Assembly (NCBI GenBank): GCA_964270895.1
Contig: OZ185436.1
Length of the DNA stretch: 64,000 nt
From: Podarcis filfolensis
Taxonomy: Eukaryota
Strand: one strand, 5' to 3'
In this document: positions 46,901-55,163 of the stretch, in pieces
Layout of the letters: the number at the start of each line of letters is the position of its first letter
How positions within the stretch are numbered: position 1 is the stretch's first letter
Made by a program: the position numbers and the translations under genes
The notes under the pieces: model-generated
Database searches by the model: none
What the model saw: only the letters and a program-made list of their open reading frames with translations
What the model was told of the DNA's origin: nothing

Positions 46901-49900
46901 GGTAAATTTCTGGCCTCTGGAACAACTTTCAGTGTAGTCTTCTATTGATAATAGATATGTCTGTTAACCTCCCATTTTCAAGCCCATTATCAAAGTAATT
47001 TGGGAAATGGCCTGTTTCACCTGGGGTTGTTAGTATACATGCTCCGCCCTAAATTATTTTATTTGATACACTGGAATCTCCCTTCTCAGCATGTGGGTCA
47101 CTTACACTGCAATCATATGCCTGTCTACTGGGAAGTAAGCCCCAAAGTTAAACTGAGCTTACTCCCAGGTAGGTGTGTAGGATTGCCGCCTTAGTGGTGA
47201 ACAATATGAATGTTTAGTGTTCTGCATAAAGCTTTGTGGTCCCCACATTGAAAGGAAGCCTTTAAAAATGGTCATCAGCCAGCCAGCCTCTCCAAGCCTC
47301 ACTGCCTCAGTTTTGGATAGTATTTCATAAATCCCTTTAAGGTCTCCTTACTGGATAGAAGCTTGGAGTTTTTTCACTGCTTTATGCATCTTTTGTATGT
47401 ATAGAATGATGGTCATGAATTAGATATGACTGCCTGTTAATCGCCTCTAGAAATAATCTTCATTTTGGTATGTTGGTTGTGTATTTCTTTTTATTAATGC
47501 AAAGTTGAATGAATTCCTGCTCAAGGAAGTATTACCAAAGTTCCCAGGACTGTGATTAATAAAAGCAGAGTAATGGGAATGGTACAAATATATGGTTCTG
47601 ACCCAGTGAGGCAAGCCTGATGCACTCAGCTGTGTGTAGGTACTGTTCTAAAATGGGGCATCAGAATAGGCTGCAGAGTCTATTATGGCATTCATTGGTT
47701 CTAGAGAAGACAACAGTGACTCGAAATAACAATGTACTTCTTGCATAAATAGTGATTTTATTATCTCCAGGGGGTCCTCCATTTAAACAATCTTGGACTG
47801 CTTCTTTCTCTTCTATTCAATGCCTTTTGTCTGGATTTTCAAGAAACTGAGTTTGGGTATAAACTAATGGTTTTGTAGCTTAGTAGAACACTTCACAATT
47901 TAATGGTATGCAATGCTAAATAACATTTATCTATACCAGTAACACGGGAAGATATCTGCCCAGAAGTCATAACCTCCTAGTTTGCAGAATATACAGCTCA
48001 TTTCCCCTTTCCCAGTCACCCTGTAACACTAAAAAGTGGTGTGACTCAATTACACTGCACACGCCAGCTGAGGGTGTGTTTAAATACTATTCTTGCTATT
48101 TTTCCACTTTCTTTCCTACAATTCTTTTGGTGTTGTGATTGTGGTTACACTTGGAATTTGACTTCCTTCCATGTCACTTGAGCATTGGTAAAAAAAATTG
48201 TTAGTCATTGTTAAGCAGCTGTATTAATGTCTGTCCTCCTTACATGTTCTATATTCTATTCTGTTGCACTTATGAAAGCATGCTTTAAGTTTATTCAGTT
48301 AATTACACACAGGACCTTTCTGAAGAAATCCTCAGTGAAGATAGGTGTATAGATATTCTCAACTGGTCTGGTATTGAGGAACTGGAATTTTCAGCAAATC
48401 TTGCTCGTTGCCTTGCAGTAAATTGGAGCTTCATAGTGAGAAAACCCCCCAGATCTGAGAGAAACTGAACAAATACAAAATAAAATTTCAGTTCTATTAA
48501 CTTGAGAGTGAAACACTCCACCCCCCCACCCCGCTTTCTGACCCTATCCAGTGAAACAGTTAAGTTTCTCTTACTTAAGCACAGCTAGTCAGTATTTGAA
48601 TAGATGGCACTGCAGCATTTGTACTGTATGTGTGCCCATTTTATTTCCCTTTTTATGATCAGAAAAGCAATTTTCAAGAAATAGGTAGAAGGATTATACT
48701 CCTTGCAGATATTCTATGGGGGTGGGTAACAAATCTTTCAACAAATAGAATTATTCCCTGAGCTCTACTTACCAAATCAAAGATAAAACTACTTTAGCGT
48801 AGAGTAGACAAAAAAAGTTTTCATAGTATAGCTTCCTATTTTAATTCACAGGCCAATAGGTCAATAACTGTTTAACAGTTGCCAAGAAAAACGCCTCTCT
48901 CCCCCATCTGTCCAAACTCAAAGCAATAAAACACCTTCCGGAGAATCTACATATTTTGCCCATTTAAAGGGCTGTTGAGCTCTATCGTATCTACATAGGA
49001 CAGAAGATAAGCTTATTGGACTGACAGCTAGTCCTCTGCGGGGCAACAAGACTGCTGTTCCTCAGTGGATCTACATGTGAATCGGCGATACCTAATAAAG
49101 CAAAAATTGAAGACTTTCAAAAAGGTCAGTTAGTGCAACCTATCCAGGCAATTATTACATGGAACAGACACCTCTAAGAGTTCCAAAGCTAACTGGACTT
49201 TGATGACTGGTTTTCTCTCAGCTTCAAATATTGAGTGTTTTCCCTTAGGCAGTGGTTCCTTTGTAGTTCCTCCCCCCTCCCCTTTTTTGGCTGTTATCTG
49301 CATAATCAAGCTGTTCTAAGTTTTCTTGATAAAAGGAATTGAAACTAACTTCAAAATAATCTTTTGCTCTTGCAATAGGCGATAAGTATGCCTTTCCAGA
49401 AACTTCACCCATACAGCTTTGACAGTCTCTTCTGTTTGTTCCCTGTTCTTTGTTCTTTGCTCTTGCATTAAATACAGCCATTCAAAACATCTAATATACT
49501 TTATCTGGATGCTTAAAAAAGAATTTTGGTTCATCATGCTGATGAAATACCCAAGTGATTTCAGTGTACAGCATACACGTCTTACACTATATGCATGTTA
49601 TATATAAATAAGTGCTTTAATGGGACAAAAACCTGGTAACCATGTCTGATATGGAAACTGCCCACCGTAAAGGGCTATGCATTGAATATAAGAGAAGGAC
49701 ACATGGCTGTCTTAAATTTTTATTTTCTCCAGGTAAACTCATTATTCTGGCTTTACTAATTTTATTGGCAGCCAATCCATTGTCGGATTCTCTTATAGCG
49801 CTACCTCAGCCTGATAATGCACTTACACAGATTACTTTCTCTCTTCTTGGCAGTGGTTGGCAAGTAGGGAGACAATCCCCAATCCTGGTGAGGTGATGGG

Positions 49901-51472
49901 GCATAGCAGGCAAATGAAGGTAAAGGAGGTGGGAATGGGCTCTGGAAAAAGAGTGAGGGAAGAGCAGGCACTACCATTTGAGAATAGTTCTTGAAGCCAT
50001 GGAGACAAGGTTTGGGGAAAATGGGTTATCAAAAAGATAAGCATGCAGATCTAAAAAAACAGTACAGAATTTAAATGTCCTTAAAACTTCAGGCAGTAAT
50101 ATGCATAGTTGATTCAAATAGCCAAATCAAAATCAGCTCTGTGGTTTGGATCCAGACTTTGCCTTTCCCAGATGAAAGAAACTCCTTCCATCCATATTGT
50201 CAGCCGAGTGGGAGGAGAGGTAACGTTCGCCAATTCACCTCTCTGCAGCCCCCAGCCCCACCTCTCATGTTCTTCCAGAAGATGTTCCAACCCTCCAGAA
50301 CAGAGTTAGAGGTGGCGCAGGGTGTTGCATTGAGGAGAAATAATTAAAACCACTCCTTCCTCTGTCAGCTGCAGTATCCCCACAAATGAAGTAAGGCCTG
50401 GATCTAACCCTATACGTTAAGGTTTGTTACCTAAGATCAATACGTAATCCTGTAGAAATTAAATTGCTCCAAACTGTTCTGTGCATATGCTGTCTGAGAG
50501 GTCAAGAATTCAAACATGTTCTGAATACCAATTGCGGGAAACCACAATAGGTAAGAGTGCTCTTGTACTCAAATCCTGCTTGCTGGTTTCCTACAGGCAG
50601 CTGTTTGGCCACTGTGAGAACAGGATGCTGGACTAGATGGGTCATTGGCCTGATCCAGCAGGCTCTCCGCCCTGGCCAGCAGATTAGGTGTTGGCATCAG
50701 AGGTCAGAGGATGCTGCCAACAGGAGTCAGACCAACAGTCCCTCTTGCTCAGTATTTTCTGACCAGCAGTGGCTCTCCAGCATATCAGACAATAAGTCTT
50801 TCCCAGCCTTATTTGGATATGCCAGAGGCTGAAGCTGGGACTTTGTGCATGCAAGGCAGATAGATGCTCTACCACTGAGCTACGGTCCTTCCCCAAATTT
50901 GTACATGGTCTTGAGCTAAATTAAGTGATTAAAAGTCGTATACTATGATGAATCTGTAGTTTTAGACGCATTTTACACTAGCCTTTACATCAGGTAGTTT
51001 TCAGTTAGGTAGCATGTACATGGCTTGTGGGTTTTGACCAGAACTATCAAACAGGTCAGTGACATTTGCATTGTAATCTTAAGCAGTTCTGCCTCCCCCT
51101 CTGTGCTATCCTTTCCCTCTGAACTCAAGAACTCAGTTCTTGTTCTTTCTGGTGGAATATTTCATTCAATATTAGCACTATAACTTTGATCTCTAGTTTG
51201 CAATTTTACAGCCAATTGCTGATGTCTCGGCATATACTTCACCCCTGAAAAGCGTGATACCTTGTGTGTCTTTACTGTGAAGTCCATGGTCAATGTCTTC
51301 TTTCATGGCAGAAAAGAGGGGATCTGATGATAAAAAAAGTAGTGTGAAGTCCAGTAGTCGGGAAAAACAGAGTGAAGACACAAGCATGGACTCCAAGGAT
51401 GGCGATGCTAAGAATGAGGTCAATGGGACCAGTGAAGACATTAAATCTGAAGGTGACACTCAGTCCAATTAA
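33682..51472 (+). CDS. LUC7L3: LUC7L3 (CROP/Luc7A) U1 snRNP-associated splicing factor, 431 aa: join(33682-33780,37729-37795,39508-39547,39747-39891,41197-41274,41353-41457,42631-42792,44192-44469,45300-45460,51312-51472)
   Basis: Ten GT-AG exons, 1296 nt in frame. MISAAQLLDELMGRDRNL start; zinc finger CKYYLCGFC...PCEKIH; second finger CEVCGAF...HLMGKQH; RE/RS-rich region; C-terminus EDIKSEGDTQSN*. Confidence 0.96.
34575..35035 (-). mobile_element. Decayed L2 LINE 3' fragment
   Basis: Minus strand contains CGGCTGGTACAAAATGCAG (RLVQNA) and other L2 RT C-terminal features. Confidence 0.55.
35385..36175 (+). mobile_element. Decayed L2 LINE 3' fragment
   Basis: Translates to NLRVFLDPLLSFEAQVA, ..LDYCN.. 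and LQLVQN; ends in a T-rich tail. Confidence 0.65.
36979..37136 (-). mobile_element. Degenerate tRNA-derived SINE (second family, tail ...AAGGCAGCTTCCTATGTTCC)
   Basis: Minus-strand GTAGCTCAG head and CR1-type tail; related copies at 6206-6320, 50724-50894 and 61950. Confidence 0.6.
37729..37795 (+). CDS. LUC7L3: LUC7L3 exon 2 (VCKYYLCGFCPAELFTNTRSDLG)
   Basis: atcag|GTT...TTAG|gtaagt, 67 nt. Confidence 0.95.
37914..37945. repeat. (AC)n microsatellite, about 16 units
   Basis: Direct observation. Confidence 0.95.
39508..39547 (+). CDS. LUC7L3: LUC7L3 exon 3 (PCEKIHDENLRKQ)
   Basis: tctag|GTCC...AACA|gtgagt, 40 nt. Confidence 0.93.
39747..39891 (+). CDS. LUC7L3: LUC7L3 exon 4 (YEKSSRFMKVGYERDF...QQASG)
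   Basis: gtcag|GTAT...AGGT|gtaagt, 145 nt. Confidence 0.92.
41197..41274 (+). CDS. LUC7L3: LUC7L3 exon 5 (QAAGPTGKNEEK...LLQQ)
   Basis: cttag|CAA...ACAG|gtaatt, 78 nt; exact acceptor is ambiguous (cluster of AGs). Confidence 0.85.
41353..41457 (+). CDS. LUC7L3: LUC7L3 exon 6 (IEELGSEGKVEEAQ...RSTTS)
   Basis: attag|ATT...TTCG|gtaagt, 105 nt. Confidence 0.95.
41653..41852. mobile_element. Tc1/mariner MITE, same family as 25802
   Basis: Shares GAAACCTGGAAGTAA...GGTATGACTG|TA. Confidence 0.7.
42631..42792 (+). CDS. LUC7L3: LUC7L3 exon 7 (TIESFAAQEKQMEVCEVC...EELK)
   Basis: tccag|ACA...AAAA|gtatgt, 162 nt. Confidence 0.95.
43845..44158 (+). mobile_element. Two tandem SINE/CR1-tail fragments (43845-43912 and 44051-44158) just upstream of LUC7L3 exon 8
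   Basis: Both end in ...ctatgattc and carry gttggac(t/g)agatgatc. Confidence 0.55.
44192..44469 (+). CDS. LUC7L3: LUC7L3 exon 8 (RE/RS-rich, EKLRKRTEEP...DRRRSR)
   Basis: ttaag|GAA...GCAG|gtacct, 278 nt. Confidence 0.93.
44626..44825. mobile_element. Tc1/mariner MITE, same family as 6019, opposite orientation
   Basis: TA|CAGTGGTACC ... GGTACCACTG|TA; left part is the reverse complement of the right part of 6019-6180. Confidence 0.8.
45300..45460 (+). CDS. LUC7L3: LUC7L3 exon 9 (RS-rich, SRDRRRSRSHDR...KSKEK)
   Basis: tttag|GAGT...AAAG|gtcagt, 161 nt. Confidence 0.94.
47103..47190. repeat. Short palindromic MITE-like repeat (TACA.TGCAATC...AGGATTG..GCC); another copy at 52735-52826 inside the LUC7L3 3' region
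   Basis: Terminal inverted motifs and shared core GAAGTA.G...GCTTACT.CC. Confidence 0.5.
50555..50667 (+). mobile_element. CR1 LINE 3'-end fragment
   Basis: ...gagaacaggatgctggactagatgggtcattggcctgatccagcaggctc. Confidence 0.55.
50724..50894 (-). mobile_element. Degenerate tRNA-derived SINE (second family)
   Basis: Minus strand starts GGGGAAGGACCGTAGCTCAGTGGTAGAGCATC. Confidence 0.65.
51312..51472 (+). CDS. LUC7L3: LUC7L3 exon 10 CDS (EKRGSDDKKSSVKS...EGDTQSN*)
   Basis: ggcag|AAAAG...AAT TAA, 161 nt. Confidence 0.94.
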
Positions 51473-51557
51473 AACTGATCTGATATGACCTCAGATCAGA
51501 CAGAGGTAAGTGCATTATTTCAAACTTTGATTAGGGCTTTTTGTTACTGTTTAACAG

Positions 51558-51742
51558 TGCAGCGTAAGTATGTACAGATGAAGATGGAGCTAAGTCAACA
51601 AGTAAGAAGAGGTGCTAAAGCAACTTCTGAAGGAAAACACAGTGTAGTCCTGCAAAATCTTTTGAGGTACATTGTTTTGTATCGGCTATTTTGTAGCAGA
51701 CTCATACCCCCATTAGTGTGCCTCTTGGGAACATATTTGTAA
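51558..51742 (+). CDS. LUC7L3: LUC7L3 alternative C-terminal exon (VQRKYVQMKMELSQQVRR...PPLVCLLGTYL*), reached through a 105-nt intron 51453-51557
   Basis: Donor GAAG|gtgaca at 51453 (phase 1) and acceptor ttaacag|TG at 51557 join in frame; 61 aa open to TAA. Confidence 0.65.
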
Positions 51743-51905
51743 TCTAGTCCCTTAGAAGTTAATTATCCTATTTTTTATTTTTAGGGGATTTATTATCTTT
51801 TTTAACAATTTGAACTGATTTTGTAATTAAGTCCATATTGTGTTGGTGCATCAGAAACATTTGCTTTAATACTTAATATTAGAGGCACATGTTGGACTAT
51901 TTTGT

Positions 51906-52195
51906 NNNNNNNNNNNNNNNNNNNNNNNNNNNNNNNNNNNNNNNNNNNNNNNNNNNNNNNNNNNNNNNNNNNNNNNNNNNNNNNNNNNNNNNNNNNNNNN
52001 NNNNNNNNNNNNNNNNNNNNNNNNNNNNNNNNNNNNNNNNNNNNNNNNNNNNNNNNNNNNNNNNNNNNNNNNNNNNNNNNNNNNNNNNNNNNNNNNNNNN
52101 NNNNNNNNNNNNNNNNNNNNNNNNNNNNNNNNNNNNNNNNNNNNNNNNNNNNNNNNNNNNNNNNNNNNNNNNNNNNNNNNNNNNNNNNNNNNNNN
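51906..52195. other. Assembly gap (290 N) inside the LUC7L3 3'UTR region
   Basis: Run of N. Confidence 0.99.
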
Positions 52196-52349
52196 AATCT
52201 TTAAGCTTACTGTTGTGTGTTTTATTTACAAAAAGTGAAAAGGAATCTTTGTGCATATATTGTGAAACTGTTAACCTGATATTAACTTGATTGGAATTTT
52301 CTTTCAACTGTGTGTAGGGATGCAGTGCTGCCCAGAATTAGATATCTTT

Positions 52350-52364
52350 ATTAAATGCAATAAA
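52350..52364 (+). terminator. LUC7L3 proximal polyadenylation signals ATTAAA (52350) and AATAAA (52359)
   Basis: Tandem hexamers at the end of an AU-rich 3'UTR. Confidence 0.6.
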
Positions 52365-53125
52365 TACTACATAATAATCGCCTTGTAACATTCAATGCAT
52401 TTCAAGTCTTTAAGAGGTATGTGTTTATAATTTCCTACTGCGTAGGAGAATTGCCAGGCAGCCATGGCACACAGCAGCATATACTGGCTGATACCAGACT
52501 TGGGAGGCAAATGAAAATAAAGGCCAATGTCAGAAACACCCAATAGGTATATATAAATGGCAAGAATGTATATAACCACATTGTTAGTTAAATGAAGCTA
52601 ATCTTATACATAAATAATTGCCCCGTCTTGACCTGTGATTTCTCAGGGTCATAAAACCAGCTGATTGATTGATTGATTTCCTTGCAACATAGTTAATATA
52701 GTTTCAGCTTATCTTCTAAGAACCCCTAACCCATTACAGTGCAGGCCTATGCATGCTTATTCAGAAGTAGGTTCCACTGTGTTCATTGGGGCTTACTTCC
52801 AAGTAAATGTGCATAGGATTTAAGCCATACAGTGCAATCCTCTGAGCACTAATGTTGCACACCCTCCATTCGTTTCAGTGGTACTTGCATTTGACCTCTG
52901 TGCAAGCCCTGTTGGAATACATGGCTTCCCAACAACAGTGGTTGGTGAATTGTAACGTCATGTTTGTCCTTAACTGTCCAATACACAGGGGTGTTAGGTG
53001 TAATTTTTATGAGATGATTTTGAGGAGTTAAGCGGGCAGCAAGCAGACGCTGTTTAGGAATGGCAAATGAAAGTAATCTCTGTTCCCGCTATCTGACTCT
53101 CTTTTCCCAACATTTTGCGTTATAG

Positions 53126-53280
53126 GACAACCACGTGACAAGTCTGCGAAGAAGCCTGAAGACTGCTTAATACGAAGATCTGCTTTAAAATGAGGTGAAA
53201 GAAAGCTGTAGTGGCATAGAAAAAAAAATTAAAGTTCAGTTAGATTTTTTAAAATAAAAATTAATTCAGGACTGTTGTGA
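53126..53280 (+). other. LUC7L3: LUC7L3 distal terminal exon (mostly 3'UTR) with AATAAA at 53253-53258
   Basis: Pyrimidine tract cttttcccaacattttgcgttatag|GACAACC; pairs with donors at 51506, 51564 or 51667. Confidence 0.55.
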
Positions 53281-53411
53281 CCTCTCAAAATGCAGAGAGA
53301 AGTTAATAAGCAAACATGCTACTGAGAATTTTAAGTCCTGTTATCATTTTTTTCCTATAAGACTTTTAAGGTGATAAACCAACATAACCTGAACACATGG
53401 CTTGCTCAGTG

Positions 53412-53417
53412 TTTAAT
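53412..53417 (-). terminator. Candidate polyadenylation signal ATTAAA of the ANKRD40 paralogue
   Basis: Minus strand reads ATTAAAcactgagcaagcca followed by GU-rich tgtgttcaggttatgttggttt. Confidence 0.4.
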
Positions 53418-55019
53418 TGCAAGTTTTCATTCTTGAACTTTGAAACACAAGGATAAATGTTTAGTATTTTGTGTGACTCCAACTAAAATAAACCCCATTT
53501 TTACAACAAAGCTATACCTGGCTTCTTGATATACCCTAATGGAAATACAGTATCTATGACTTTCTGTTACACATTTGATTGTCATTGAGTGTTTAATATT
53601 AAATAGACTTCTTTCCAAATAAATCAAATGTGTTCAAGTTCATTCTTGTCTATCCACATGCCCCCACCCCAGATCAAAATGAGAGGTTGGGGTATTTCTC
53701 TTATCAAAATTTACATAACCAATTACTGTCCCAGTAGTTTCCATAGCTTTTTAAAAAGTGTAAATAAAGATAAAGAGGTAACACTGCAATTTTCATGTGA
53801 TTGTGTTCTTTCTTGGATATGCGCTAAGATACATAGTTAAGTATAAAAATATTTGTTGTTGCCAAAGTCAAAGTCAAACCTGCATAATATTTGAGAGAAG
53901 TGAAGTATCAAGTTAGACGCGAGAATAGGAACAGACGACCATATAATCCGATACTCCACTCATTTTATGTACCGTAACCCGCCATTTGTATACAGGAAAG
54001 CATGTAGAACGCATTGTCAGCCATAGGAACCAGACAAAAGGAAACTAATAACCTTGTCGCGGTATTTCTCTATGTAATCCAGTCAGCGCAAAGTAACTAA
54101 GGGCCTACATCAACTGTTAGAAGACATGTTGGCAAATGCACACAGCTTCATGACAAGTGAATTATGAGGTGGTGCCTAAAGCAAAATTTTAATTAACAGC
54201 CACTTTAAAACTCTTGGCTACCCTGTTACAAGTTGATTGTGCAAAAAATAAAGCTGCCATTGAAAATTGTTCTTAGGTTCACAGGATAAAGCATCACATA
54301 AATACATCGTTTTCTGTTGGTTTGGTTTGCATTACATGCCTTTTTATATAAAACTACAAAAATAGTTTTCTAAATGCATAGATTTGCTTAGTTACCAGCA
54401 TTGCTATATCATCTTTCAAACTAACGTTACTATGCAACAAGCAATATTCTAGAACAAAAACTGGTAACAGGAAGCACTTGTTTAAACCTGTTTCTCCATT
54501 GTTTATCTTCTCAAAACAATTCCGTTTTTACAGCATTATATTATAAAGAACATAGGACAAGAAAACAGAACTTTTACTTGTTCCTCAGTTCATTTGTCTG
54601 TCTTACTGTTACACAGAGAAGGTACCTAGCAGTACTTTTTATATATTAAAAAAAAGGACCAGAGACTACGACAACACTAGTTTTTCTGTGGCAATGTTGG
54701 CCTGACAACAATGTATAAAATATATTAACTCAATACATATCATTAGGTGCCAGACACCAGTTGACTGAGGGAACAATTGTGATTAGTTTCCCCCACAAAA
54801 CAGTTTTCCACTTGTGCTTGTTCATTGTATAGGCTACATATGAGACTGTTGAAGTGCTTGAGCAATCCAAGAGCCATCTTTGAGATAGCACCACTGAAGA
54901 AATATTAACCAAAGTTAAGAAAAATGCTGCATATAAAAATATTGAATAGTAAACACATCTTGCTTTAATTTTAACGAGAATAAGGTTTTTAGATACCAAC
55001 TTCCTAGACGTCTTAAACT

Positions 55020-55163
55020 TCAGTATGTCAACTTTGCCGCTTTAGTGTTATAGCAGGGTCTTTCCATTAGTGTTGCTGAAGCATTTCTGAAAGGAGAACT
55101 GATGCTTTTCACCAAAACCAGCTCTAGCTCTTGAAAATCCTGAAGCCTAGCAACATCTTTATC
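55020..55163 (-). CDS. ANKRD40CL: ANKRD40 paralogue exon 5 (DKDVARLQDFQELEL...AKLTY*)
   Basis: tcaag|GAT...TAC TGA, 144 nt. Confidence 0.93.
   Translation of the reverse strand, partial: DKDVARLQDFQELELVLVKSISSPFRNASATLMERPCYNTKAAKLTY

Noticed and set aside
45461-51311. Intronic snoRNA in LUC7L3
   Set aside because: No paired C/D boxes with a terminal stem or convincing H/ACA architecture found by eye
51889-52307. ORFs of 100-136 aa
   Set aside because: Artefacts of translating the N gap
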